From positions 16,970-80,969 of the forward strand of contig CAVXFA010000040.1 in assembly GCA_963760605.1 (NCBI GenBank): a stretch of 64,000 nt of DNA, given 5' to 3'. This document shows, one piece after another, positions 19,267-28,764 of the stretch. Position 1 is the first letter of the stretch. Each line of letters opens with the position of its first letter. Origin of the DNA: an uncultured delta proteobacterium (GTDB lineage Bacteria; Desulfobacterota; SM23-61). The notes beneath the pieces are model-generated. The model had not been told where the DNA came from. It ran no database searches and worked only from the letters and a program-made list of their open reading frames with translations. A program made the position numbers and the translations under genes.

Positions 19267-19905
19267 ATGACCCGGGTTTATCTCGTGCGTCACGGAACGA
19301 CGGATTGGAACAAAGAGGAAATCTTTCGCGGCCGGGTTGACTGCAAGCTCAATGAGACGGGGCAAGCAGAGGCCCGCGCCCTGGCAGGATATTTTAAAGA
19401 TATTCCCGTCGAGGTCATTTACAGCAGCCCGCTCTCCCGGGCTACGGAGACCGCTCAAGTCATCGCGGCAGCCAAAGGCTTGCGAGTCCTCCCCGATCCA
19501 GCCTTTATGGACATGGACTTTGGTGCCTGGCAGGGTTTGCCCTTGAAAGAGGTAAAGGAAAAATACTCAGATCTCTACCGGGTCTGGCGGGAGCGGCCCC
19601 AGGCGATCACCTTTCCCGGAGGGGAGAACCTTGCCCAGGTGAGAGCCCGGGCCCGGGAAGGCCTTACCAGGGTCGTGCAGGACAACCCGGAAAAGACCGT
19701 GCTGATTATTTCCCACCGGGTCGTCACCAAGGTTCTGATCTGCGCGGTCCTGGGCCTGGATGATTCTCATTTCTGGCAGATCCAACAGGACACCACGGCA
19801 GTCAACTGCTTCCAGCACAATCGGAGTATTTTCATAACCTCCCTGATCAATGATACCTGCCACCTGAAGTCCCTCCATTCTTACGCTTTGCTGAAGGATT
19901 TTTGA
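19267..19905 (+). CDS. Histidine phosphatase (phosphoglycerate mutase-like) family protein
   Basis: RHG catalytic motif (YLVRHGTTDWN), SPLSRA. Start chosen at the internal Met preceding RHG. Confidence 0.8.
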   Translation: MTRVYLVRHGTTDWNKEEIFRGRVDCKLNETGQAEARALAGYFKDIPVEVIYSSPLSRATETAQVIAAAKGLRVLPDPAFMDMDFGAWQGLPLKEVKEKYSDLYRVWRERPQAITFPGGENLAQVRARAREGLTRVVQDNPEKTVLIISHRVVTKVLICAVLGLDDSHFWQIQQDTTAVNCFQHNRSIFITSLINDTCHLKSLHSYALLKDF

Positions 19906-20810
19906 TGCGTCTTTGGAAGCGAAAGGTATCTGCTCTTTGGACGGAGCGATTCCGCTTCCAGTTGCGGACAGTTTGGGATATCTTATGGGAGGCCCGCCGG
20001 GCTTTCTCGCAGGACGCCTGCCTGAATCTATCCGCCGCCCTGGCTTTTTACTCGATCCTCTCCTTGATCCCTTATCTTTTTCTGCTGGTCTCGGCGGCGG
20101 GTTACCTTTTGGGCCCCTCTCAGGATGCTCATCAGATGGCGATGTCTTTTTTCGACCGCTTATTTCCCCAGGCCAGCGCTTTGATTTTCCAAGAGGTGAA
20201 GGCCATCTCTCAGCGCGCCGGAGTTCTGGGGTGGGTCGGTTTCCTCTCCCTGATCTGGACTGCCAGCGTATTTTTTTCCTCCCTGGAATTCGCCATGGGG
20301 GTCGTCTTTCGGGTGGAGCACAGGAGAAATATTCTGAAGTCCAAACTGTTGGCCTTAGGCATGATTCCAGCTTCGGCTGTAATCTTCTTTCTTTCTTTAT
20401 TTGTGACCGCTTTCGCGGGGATCATGCAAACCTATGAACTCAAAGTTTTTGGAATAGATTGGGGGAAATCGAACCTTTTCGAATTCTTTGTGGGGTATCT
20501 CCTTCCTTATCTGGTTTTGGCCCTGGCTTTCACGGCCATTTACAAGATTATCCCCAACACCTCGATTTCTGTTCGCCACGCCCTAGCCGGCGGAGCAAGC
20601 TGCTCGTTTCTTTTTGAGATGGTCAAACATTTTTTTACCTGGTATCTCGGGCGTTCTCAGCACTACAACGTGATTTACGGATCTTTAGAGGCCATCGTCA
20701 TCCTGGTGGTCTGGGCTTTTTATTCATCGAGCGTCCTGCTGTTTTGCGCCGAAGTGGTTTCGGCTTACCGCCGCCGGGACATTACTTTGTTGGAAAAGGC
20801 TTTTCTTTAA
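19902..20810 (+). CDS. YihY/BrkB-family inner-membrane protein
   Basis: 302 aa; multi-TM; family motif AALAFYSILSLIP. Confidence 0.8.
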   Translation: MMRLWKRKVSALWTERFRFQLRTVWDILWEARRAFSQDACLNLSAALAFYSILSLIPYLFLLVSAAGYLLGPSQDAHQMAMSFFDRLFPQASALIFQEVKAISQRAGVLGWVGFLSLIWTASVFFSSLEFAMGVVFRVEHRRNILKSKLLALGMIPASAVIFFLSLFVTAFAGIMQTYELKVFGIDWGKSNLFEFFVGYLLPYLVLALAFTAIYKIIPNTSISVRHALAGGASCSFLFEMVKHFFTWYLGRSQHYNVIYGSLEAIVILVVWAFYSSSVLLFCAEVVSAYRRRDITLLEKAFL

Positions 20811-21160
20811 AGCCGGGAAGGGTAAGCTTTGAATGCGGAATTTTTTTCGCTGCCTGCGGATATCGGGCTCGCGAAATTCGCCTAAAAAAATCCGCCAGCC
20901 GCTCCGCCGTGAGGAAGCTTGGGAATGAAATTTAAGAGGAAGACCGGGGCGGGTTTTATCATTACCTGTTGCTCCTGGTAACCGAGGAGGAACTAAAGGA
21001 GCGCGTCATCAAGGTTTACCCGGCGAAGAAGAACCCTTGAAAAACTTCATCCTCGTCAGTCGTCCAAGCGGGGCAAGCCGAACGACCGATTTCGCCGTCC
21101 CGATCCTCTCCTCCTCCCAGATGGGCGGCGGACGTCCCAGCAGCCCAAAAGGAAGAAAGC

Positions 21161-22345
21161 TTGCCTAAATCGGAAAAAGGCGGACGAGGCCGGACCCTCT
21201 TCTCTTTCTGTGCCTTCCATTTCCTAGACGATGGCTTTACAGATTCCATCTACCTACTTCTTCCCTTCATCGCCGCCGAGTTGCACCTTTCCTTCAGCCA
21301 GGTGGGGTTACTCAAAGGGGTCTTCTCGGCCTCCATGAGTCTCTTCCAGTTTCCCTTAAGTCTTCTGGGGGAGAAGGTCGGAGAATTAACGATGATCGCC
21401 GGCGGAACTTTTGGCCTGGCCGGCGGGTTCTTGATCTTGAGCAGGTCTCACACTTTTTTGACAATTCTTCTTTCTCTCATTTTTGCCAAGGGAACCGCTG
21501 GCGGCCAGCATGGGCTGGCTTCTTCCATCCTCTCCCGGGCCTTTGAAGTGTCCGGGCGCCGGGCGGCGATGGGAACTTATAATTTTTCCGGTGATCTGGG
21601 AAAGGTTTGCTTGTCTTTTCTGGTAGCTCTGATGATTAACCTCTGGAACTGGCGGCAGGCAATTTTCATTTTCTCCCTCGGCGGGTTTACGGCTGGCGTA
21701 GTTCTCTGGACCCTGGCTGAACAGAGAAAGGCCCGACCTCCATCCTCGCGGCGCGAAGACCATCTCGCAGCGAAAGTTATTGGCTGGGGGATCCGCAACC
21801 GGAAAAGCTTCTCAGCCCTGCTGACCATTGGAGTCATCGACATCGCCGCGCGCATGGCCTTGCTCACCTTCCTTCCTTTCCTTCTTTTACAGAAAGGGAT
21901 TCCCTCTACACAGGTCGGGTTTGCCCTAAGTCTCCTTTTCGCCGGCGGGGCGATGGGAAAGTTTGCCTGCGGGATTCTGGCTGAATGGCTCGGAATCATT
22001 CCCATGGTGGTGGGCACGGAAATTCTGACCACCATCGGGATTTTATCTTTGCTCTGGTCTTCGCCCTCGGTCGTCTGGGTTTTCCTGCCATTTGTAGGGA
22101 TCGTGCTAAATGGCACTTCTTCCGTGCTCTACGCCACAGTTGCAGAGGTCATCTCTCCCGCTGGCCGCTCCCGGGGATATGGACTCTACTACGCAATCAC
22201 TTTGGGCTGCGGTGCGATCTCCCCGATGATCTACGGTCTGGTTACCGACTCCCTGGGCCTTCCTTTAACGATCATGAGCACAGCCCTGATGGTCTTGATC
22301 ACCCTTCCTTTGAGCCGATACCTCACTCAGCCCGTGAAGGGCTGA
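21161..22345 (+). CDS. MFS transporter
   Basis: 394 aa; about 12 predicted TM helices; MFS-like loop motifs. Start uncertain. Confidence 0.75.
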   Translation: MPKSEKGGRGRTLFSFCAFHFLDDGFTDSIYLLLPFIAAELHLSFSQVGLLKGVFSASMSLFQFPLSLLGEKVGELTMIAGGTFGLAGGFLILSRSHTFLTILLSLIFAKGTAGGQHGLASSILSRAFEVSGRRAAMGTYNFSGDLGKVCLSFLVALMINLWNWRQAIFIFSLGGFTAGVVLWTLAEQRKARPPSSRREDHLAAKVIGWGIRNRKSFSALLTIGVIDIAARMALLTFLPFLLLQKGIPSTQVGFALSLLFAGGAMGKFACGILAEWLGIIPMVVGTEILTTIGILSLLWSSPSVVWVFLPFVGIVLNGTSSVLYATVAEVISPAGRSRGYGLYYAITLGCGAISPMIYGLVTDSLGLPLTIMSTALMVLITLPLSRYLTQPVKG

Positions 22346-22512
22346 CCTTTTCCATCCATAGCCCAGTGCCGAAACGGGATCTTTCCTTTTTTATGAATAA
22401 TCCACCCCCAGTTTTGGGAACATGAAAAACTGTGGCCAAGTTTTTTGGTAGTGGGTCAGTTTGAAAAATAATGGGGATTGACAATGCTTGAGCGGATAAG
22501 TAAAATGGAGGC

Positions 22513-22770
22513 ATGGAAAATAAAAAGAAAAGACCACTAGATGTAAATGTGGCCGCCTTCCAGATCGTCCAGGAGGCAACGAAAGAGTCCGATAAACCCA
22601 AACAAGACACTACCCCAAAACCCACCACCAAAGAAAAGAACCCCTCCGCCGTCGCCCTTGGTCGCCTTGGTGGACTTAAAGGCGGTCCTGCCAGAGCAAA
22701 AAAATTATCTAAAAAAAGAAGACGCGAAATAGCCAAGCATGCCGCATTAAGCCGTTGGAAAAAATCATAA
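22513..22770 (+). CDS. Small basic hypothetical protein (Lys/Arg-rich C-terminus, mobile-element-associated type)
   Basis: 85 aa; preceded by TTGACA-N17-TAAAAT and a GGAGG RBS; lies in the AT-rich islet. Confidence 0.5.
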   Translation: MENKKKRPLDVNVAAFQIVQEATKESDKPKQDTTPKPTTKEKNPSAVALGRLGGLKGGPARAKKLSKKRRREIAKHAALSRWKKS

Positions 22771-22924
22771 GGATATTAATGCCTTAGTTATAATTGCTAT
22801 CCAAGCACTAGATGTAGTGGTTATCCAACCACAACTATACAATTCCTCCACTAAAACATTTTGTCATTGACAATTATAGTTGTCTTTTGGTAAATTAATC
22901 TAAAACACAACTACGAGGAAAAGC

Positions 22925-23398
22925 ATGGACAAAACCAACAAGGAAAAATTCGCGGAGATTAAGAAGTTCATTAGGACGGAATTTGAGTCTAGGGTGGAAA
23001 TATTAAGGCAGGCAATGGAAAACGCGATTGCTGGTATTTCCCGCCTTGAAGATACCTTTGACCTTGCCGATAGGCAAAGCACGAAAGGAATCCCCATTCA
23101 AACACAACCACCATCTGCCCTTTTAAATAGAGTCAATAGGCGGCCAGCTATTAGGGGTAAAAAGAAAAAAACGGCGGGCCAAAGGATGGATGTAGCCTTG
23201 GCGGGTATTCCAGAGAAATTTACTCGTAAAGAACTTAAAGACAAAATAAATAGCGATGGCAAAAAGTCTATAAAAGATGGTACTTTTGGGAGTGAGTTTG
23301 CAAAGCGCCTAAACAGAGGAAAGATATTTGTGCAACAAGAGAGTGTCGGAAACAAACCCGGAATTTACTCTAAACTCAAGGATGCCGGACAGGCCTAA
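22925..23398 (+). CDS. Hypothetical protein (islet-encoded)
   Basis: 157 aa; preceded by TTGACA-N18-TAAATT and an inverted repeat ACAACTATA...TATAGTTGT; no recognisable domain. Confidence 0.4.
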   Translation: MDKTNKEKFAEIKKFIRTEFESRVEILRQAMENAIAGISRLEDTFDLADRQSTKGIPIQTQPPSALLNRVNRRPAIRGKKKKTAGQRMDVALAGIPEKFTRKELKDKINSDGKKSIKDGTFGSEFAKRLNRGKIFVQQESVGNKPGIYSKLKDAGQA

Positions 23399-23586
23399 TC
23401 CTTCCCAGCCATCAAAGAAAGCTAGAGGGAGGGGAAAGGGGGATAAATATGAGACCACCAAAGAGAAAGCGCCGGGTGGATGTTTCACTGAGGGGCGGCG
23501 CGATACAAATAAAAAAATAAAGGGAAGTGCATGAGCTTGGCCGCTAGTCACTTCCCTTTATCCCCTAACCATCTAGGGTTTACCGT

Positions 23587-23659
23587 GCCCCTGTAGCTCA
23601 AACGGATAGAGCGCCTGCCTACTAAGCTGGGGATCTCAGTTCGAACCTGAGCAGGGGCA
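23587..23659 (+). tRNA. tRNA-like gene with aberrant anticodon arm (possible pseudo-tRNA or islet-borne tRNA; no encoded CCA)
   Basis: Cloverleaf read by hand: acceptor GCCCCTG/CAGGGGC, D-arm GCTC-AAACGGATA-GAGC, T-arm CTCAG-TTCGAAC-CTGAG. The anticodon stem CCTGC/GCTGG has a central U-U mismatch and the loop CTACTAA gives an unusual ACU anticodon. Confidence 0.5.
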
Positions 23660-23729
23660 CCCCCGATATCTCTATCGGTTTTTTGTATTTTAGTATAAGG
23701 AATATTTTTAGTCAAGGTCAATTTTTCTC

Positions 23730-23758
23730 TTGACAGCTTGAGCGCTCAAGCATATAAT
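23730..23758 (+). promoter_or_regulatory. Consensus sigma70 promoter TTGACA-N17-TATAAT whose spacer is the perfect palindrome GCTTGAGCGCTCAAGC; drives the IS1-family transposase
   Basis: Read directly. The ATG at 23765 lies only about 7 nt after the -10, implying a leaderless mRNA. The GCTTGAGCG half-site also occurs in the 22440-22470 promoter. Confidence 0.5.
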
Positions 23759-23764
23759 ATAATC

Positions 23765-24589
23765 ATGAACACGCTCAAACCAGAAAAACAAAAACAGGTT
23801 TTGGCCGCTCTGGTAGAGGGGAATTCAATCAGAGCAACGTGCAGAATGACAGGAACGGCGAAAGGCACCGTCTTAAAACTTCTGCGGGCTATCGGGAAAG
23901 CTTGCGCCGAATATCAAGACAAGGTGCTTCGAAACCTTTCCTGCAAACGTTTGCAATGTGACGAAGTCTGGGCTTTCTGCTATGCGAAAGAAAAGAACGT
24001 CCCGAAGGACAAAAAGGGTCAATTTGGCTTTGGGGATGTTTGGACTTTCACAGCCCTTTGCGCTGATTCTAAGCTTGTCCCTTCTTGGCGTTTCGGGCGG
24101 CGGGATCTTCAAAATGCTACTGCCTTCATGAAGGATTTGGCCGGACGTCTTAAAAATAGGGTCCAATTAACCACGGACGGTCACAAGATGTATTTAGAGG
24201 CCGTTGAAGATGCCTTCGGTGGGGAGGTAGATTTTAGTCAATTGGTCAAAATATACGGGAGTAGTCCTGAAAGTGAAGTAAGGTACAGCCCAGCAGAGTG
24301 CATAGGAACTGAGAGACACAGAATAGAAGGGAATCCAGATCCCGATCATGTTTCAACGAGCTTCGTAGAACGGCAGAATTTAACCATGAGAATGAATATG
24401 AGGCGGTATACCAGATTGACCAATGCTTTTTCTAAGAAGGTTGAAAACCTAAAGCTATGCCGTGGCCCTTCACTTTATGTACTACAATTTTTGTCGGGTT
24501 CATCAGACTTTAAGGGTTACTCCTGCAATGGAGGCCAAGGTTACGGATCATGTTTGGGAGATTGAAGAGATTTTAAACCTAATGAAATA
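23765..24589 (+). mobile_element. IS1-family (fused InsAB-type) transposase gene with a C-terminal 1-bp frameshift
   Basis: N-terminal HTH and DDE core with IS1-like blocks ([65 protein letters not shown]). After about 24452 the conserved IS1 C-terminus ([39 protein letters not shown]) continues in another frame to a stop at 24589. No terminal inverted repeats were identified. Confidence 0.7.
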
Positions 24590-24594
24590 AATAA

Positions 24595-25806
24595 TTATGG
24601 TAAAAGCTCCGCGAAAGCCCTAAGTTGCTCGGCAACTTCTTTTATGGAGCGAGGGTTGTTCGCGGTTCTACAGTGCGAAGGTAGCCGTCCGACGTTAATA
24701 CCAGAAGCTCCAATCTCCTCTGCGATACCTGAACATTTCAATGCAAACTTGTCGTCGTATAAAGACGCAGTTAGGAAGATGGTTTCCTTGATCTTCAAAG
24801 CCTCTTTGCTTCGCATAGCATCGAAATCTATTTTTTCTCGTTCGTCAGCAAAAAAAATCAAATCAGCAGAAATACTAAAAGCACGCTTCTTCAGATCCGG
24901 ACCTGGAATCACGCGACGAACTTTCTCACGTTGACTAGGAAATTGATTAGAAGGATATTTGAATAGGCGTAGAATCCTAAAACTTTTAGGAATGGATGGC
25001 ATATTGCCGCTGAATGCATCGTCGTTTGCCAACATCAATCCAGCAGGAGAGGGGAAAATTCCATTTATGACGATATGGTATGGTGTTCGATAGATAAGCT
25101 GAAAAACCGGAGCTTTCTTATTGTTTACAACCTCAAGCGCATTTGAATCAAAATTCCGATCCCAACCCGGAACCCTTACAGTAAATTCGTTGCGTTTAAC
25201 CTCTACTGGTGCTTGTCCAGGACCACCATATATTGAAACATCTACAAACAACTTTCCCTTATCAAGATACATCCGAATTGGTTTATAGCCTCCAAAATTG
25301 AATGGTTCTACGGCACGGGTTTCAAGGGCGGAAAGTGCGACGCCAGAAGTTATTCCGCCTTCGCCAAGGGATACCGTTGCTTCTTCTACTTTTTCTTTAA
25401 AGGTGGGCTGTCTTTCTGTCTCTCTGGAACCCTGTGGTTGTGATTTTTGGGGGGATTCAGGAATTAAACCTGGAATTCTTTTCATAACTTCTACGGCGAT
25501 TTCTTCTGCTGTCGGTTGTCTTTGAGCCTGTGTTTTGGCATTTTCCTGAAGTGCCGGAGTTGAAATGGTATATTTCCAGGCCAATCCAGCAGCCACACAA
25601 CCTATTACTCCACCAATGGCGACAACCAACCAGAACGGAGTTTTCATATTTCCAACCTCCGATATTATCTTACCAGAAATTCCAAAGATGATTAATCCGA
25701 TAGCCAAGAAATGGAAAATAATTCTCATTGGCGCACTCCTTGGACGTAAAAATTTGAGCAATATTCCTGCGCCAATGGAAATATATAAATTATAATCCTG
25801 AGACAA
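24595..25806 (-). CDS. Membrane-anchored hypothetical protein (2 N-terminal TM helices and a soluble domain of about 300 aa, unknown function)
   Basis: 403-aa ORF in the AT-rich islet, convergent with the IS1 gene; no recognisable catalytic motif by eye. Confidence 0.45.
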   Translation of the reverse strand: MSQDYNLYISIGAGILLKFLRPRSAPMRIIFHFLAIGLIIFGISGKIISEVGNMKTPFWLVVAIGGVIGCVAAGLAWKYTISTPALQENAKTQAQRQPTAEEIAVEVMKRIPGLIPESPQKSQPQGSRETERQPTFKEKVEEATVSLGEGGITSGVALSALETRAVEPFNFGGYKPIRMYLDKGKLFVDVSIYGGPGQAPVEVKRNEFTVRVPGWDRNFDSNALEVVNNKKAPVFQLIYRTPYHIVINGIFPSPAGLMLANDDAFSGNMPSIPKSFRILRLFKYPSNQFPSQREKVRRVIPGPDLKKRAFSISADLIFFADEREKIDFDAMRSKEALKIKETIFLTASLYDDKFALKCSGIAEEIGASGINVGRLPSHCRTANNPRSIKEVAEQLRAFAELLP

Positions 25807-26122
25807 TCTAACCCCCCCTATTGATGACTAGAATCATATACCAAATTACCTTGCCTTTCCACTCATCAAAGGATGAGTATTCCCAAATTGACCCACTACC
25901 AGTTTTTTATTGTACTTGATTCTCCGGCTTGCCTCCGGTTAGAATAACTTTTGAAAATCGGGATGGAACTTTTGATAAATTAACCTTTCCTTGTAGCTGG
26001 CTGCCCGCGTCCTCCTCCGGATAGAGCCAATCCAAGAACTAGGTAATGGGAATCCTTTACCGGAATGGATGCGCCAGGATGAAAACGAACGAGAACCAAA
26101 TTCGCCCAAGTAGGTCTGGAAT

Positions 26123-27148
26123 ATGGAAATGAAGGAAATGCTTCGTCTAGCCAGGGAGCGATTTAAGGGGGTCTGCCGGGTCTGCCCGGTATGCAACGGC
26201 CGGGCATGCGCCGGGGAAATGCCCGGGATGGGGGGAATCGGCACCGGCTCATCATTCATGGCCAACTTTGACAGCCTGGCCAGAATCAAATTGAACCTGC
26301 GCACGATCCACGCAGCTTCCGACCCAGACATCGCCTATGATTTTTTCGGCCAGCGGTTACAGATGCCCATTCTTGTCGCCCCGCTGGCCGGCATGGCCAT
26401 GAACATGGGCAATGCCATGGATGAAAAGGAATATCTTTCTGCCATGGTCGCTGGCGGAAAAGAGGCAGGGTCCCTCACCTTCACCTGCGACGGGCCCAAC
26501 CCTATGTTTTTCGACCTGGGCCTGGAGGTTCTAGGAAAAAATCAGGGCTGGGGGGTGCCGACCCTCAAGCCCCGGCAGCAAGAAGCATTCCTTTCCCTGG
26601 TCAAAAGAGCTGAAGATTGCGGCGTGGTGGCGATTGCCTCGGACATCGACGCTGCCGGGATCATACATATGAGGCGCGCCGGTCAGCCCGCAGGCCCATG
26701 GCCGGTCAAGGTCTGGGAAAAAACCATTGGCCAAACAAAACTGCCCGTCATCCTGAAGGGCATCATGACCGTCCAGGATGCAAAATTGGCAGTACAAGCT
26801 GGGGCCGCCGGGATTGTCGTTTCCAATCACGGGGGGCGGGTCCTCGACCACACTCCCGGAACGGCGGCGGTATTGCCCGAAATTGCCTCAGCGGTGAAAG
26901 GAAAAATCAAGATCTTCGTCGACGGCGGGGTGCGCAGCGGGACAGATGTCCTGAAAATGCTAGCCTTGGGCGCAGAGGCCGTTCTCGTGGGCCGGCCGAT
27001 GGCTGTAATCGCAGTGGGGGGCGGCCAGGAAGGCGTCTCTTCCCTTCTCAAACAGTATTCCGAGCAGTTGCGCACGGCCATGCTTTACAGCGGCTCTGGG
27101 TCGCTGGCAGAAATAACACCTTCCATTTTGCGCGGGGAAGGGAGATGA
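26123..27148 (+). CDS. FMN-dependent alpha-hydroxy-acid dehydrogenase/oxidase family protein with N-terminal Cys4 motif
   Basis: 341 aa; TIM-barrel FMN-dehydrogenase blocks (SNHGGR, DGGVRSGTD); N-terminal CRVCPVCNGRAC. Confidence 0.8.
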   Translation: MEMKEMLRLARERFKGVCRVCPVCNGRACAGEMPGMGGIGTGSSFMANFDSLARIKLNLRTIHAASDPDIAYDFFGQRLQMPILVAPLAGMAMNMGNAMDEKEYLSAMVAGGKEAGSLTFTCDGPNPMFFDLGLEVLGKNQGWGVPTLKPRQQEAFLSLVKRAEDCGVVAIASDIDAAGIIHMRRAGQPAGPWPVKVWEKTIGQTKLPVILKGIMTVQDAKLAVQAGAAGIVVSNHGGRVLDHTPGTAAVLPEIASAVKGKIKIFVDGGVRSGTDVLKMLALGAEAVLVGRPMAVIAVGGGQEGVSSLLKQYSEQLRTAMLYSGSGSLAEITPSILRGEGR

Positions 27149-27164
27149 GAAGGGGTTGAACCCT

Positions 27165-27665
27165 TTATTTGCCGGGATTTGCCTTCTTAAAATCCTCTAT
27201 GAGAAGGGTAAGCAATTTCCCCAGAATTTCGTAGGTTCCCAGGAGCGGATCCTTTCCTGAAAAGACCACGGTGTTTTCCCAAACCTGGGAGAAGGCAGGG
27301 AAATCTCCCTTGGGGGATAGAACGATGACCGCCCGATCGACGTGCACGCTGATCAGGCCATAATAGAGATCCTCTTTCTTGCGTTTATGCAGGACGATGC
27401 GCACGTAAAGGGAGGGACCTTCTTTCCCGTCAAGGGAAACTTCCGGGAGAGAAGTCTGGAAGTGGGCGGCGACCTGGTTCCTTGCGGCCTCCTCTGTGAT
27501 TCCGGCTTCGCGAGCATCCGCGGTTGGCCTCTCCACAATAATTTGGAAGGTGGAAATGTCCCGCAAATTCCCAGCCTTCGGGTCCTCACCGGCTGTGGAA
27601 TAAATGGGACACAGCAAGAAGAGCAATAGAATAATTAAACCCACTTTACTCATCCCCATGATCAT
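27165..27665 (-). CDS. Secreted hypothetical protein
   Basis: 166 aa; signal peptide (MSKVGLIILLLFLLCPIYSTA); no known domain recognised. Confidence 0.45.
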   Translation of the reverse strand: MIMGMSKVGLIILLLFLLCPIYSTAGEDPKAGNLRDISTFQIIVERPTADAREAGITEEAARNQVAAHFQTSLPEVSLDGKEGPSLYVRIVLHKRKKEDLYYGLISVHVDRAVIVLSPKGDFPAFSQVWENTVVFSGKDPLLGTYEILGKLLTLLIEDFKKANPGK

Positions 27666-27687
27666 TGGCCCCAGAGCTATTTCTGAA

Positions 27688-28656
27688 TCATCCTTCCTTG
27701 GCCGAGTTGAGGGCCTGTCTTAAATGTTCCATTGAGGTATTACCGCCGGAGCAAACGAGTCCTACCTTCTTGCCCCGCAGTTCGCTGCGCAGGCGGAAGG
27801 CTGCAGCCAGCGGGGCTGCACCAGCTCCCTCCGCTAGGGTATGGGCTCGCTCCACCATCCACACCATGGCCTGTAAGATCTCTTCATCGCTCAGCAGCAC
27901 GAAGTCATGCAGCGACTCCCACAAAATGGCCTGCGGCAGCGCAAAGGGGGTGCCTGTGGCGAGTCCTTCAGCAAAGGTGCGGTTGGGAGCTTCTACGAAC
28001 CTCCGCTGCCGCCAGGACTCGTAAGCTGCCGGAGACGCTTCGGACTGGACCCCGATGACCCGAATGGCCGGGTGGATGGCCCGAGCTACAATGCAAGCCC
28101 CCGCCGCGCCGCTTCCCCCTCCGATGGGCACAAGGAGGACCTGCAGATCGGGTTGGTCCTCCAGCATTTCTAACACTTCGGTGGCCACACCAGCGATGAG
28201 TAAGGGCTCATCGCCAGGGTGGATATAGCGATAACCCTGCTCTCGCGCCAGAGCCTCACAATGCAGCCTGGCATCGTCGAACGTGGCCCCGAAAAAGATC
28301 ACCTCCGCCCCCATGCCTTGAATCGCGGCTACCTTCCCTGGGTTTGCTTTTTCTGGCACGACGATGCGAGCCTTGACCCGAAATAATCGGGCAGCAAACG
28401 CCACAGACTGTCCGTGATTACCCGTGGAGGCGGTGATCACTCCCCGGATTCGTTCCTCTGGGCTGAGCTGAGAGATCAAATTAACACCGCCGCGAACCTT
28501 GAAGGCTCCCACGGGTTGATAGTTTTCATGCTTGATGTATACTTCCGTGCCCACCAGAGCGTTGATGGAGGGGTAGGTGTGCAGGGGTGTGCGGGTCAAG
28601 TGCGGGCGGATCTGCCGTTGCGCGACCAGCACATCTTTAAAATCGGGAACTGGCAT
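27688..28656 (-). CDS. Threonine/serine dehydratase-family PLP enzyme (catabolic type, no ACT domain)
   Basis: PLP-lysine motif (VGAFKVRGG), glycine-rich loop GGGSGAAG; start taken at the internal Met MPVPDFKDV. Confidence 0.85.
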   Translation of the reverse strand: MPVPDFKDVLVAQRQIRPHLTRTPLHTYPSINALVGTEVYIKHENYQPVGAFKVRGGVNLISQLSPEERIRGVITASTGNHGQSVAFAARLFRVKARIVVPEKANPGKVAAIQGMGAEVIFFGATFDDARLHCEALAREQGYRYIHPGDEPLLIAGVATEVLEMLEDQPDLQVLLVPIGGGSGAAGACIVARAIHPAIRVIGVQSEASPAAYESWRQRRFVEAPNRTFAEGLATGTPFALPQAILWESLHDFVLLSDEEILQAMVWMVERAHTLAEGAGAAPLAAAFRLRSELRGKKVGLVCSGGNTSMEHLRQALNSAKEG

Positions 28657-28764
28657 TCTTAAACTCCTCTTCCAACCCACCTGGCTTCCCAAACTTCCCT
28701 AAACCCAAAACGGACTATCCATGAGCTCTTAAGAAAATCCCTAAATTCAAGGTTCCCATTCGCC

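Noticed and set aside
23328-23534. 68-aa plus-strand ORF between the 157-aa protein gene and the tRNA-like element
   Set aside because: Overlaps the end of the 22925-23398 gene in another frame. The region instead contains a long hairpin (AAAGGGAAGTG...CACTTCCCTTT) that looks like a transcript-end structure.
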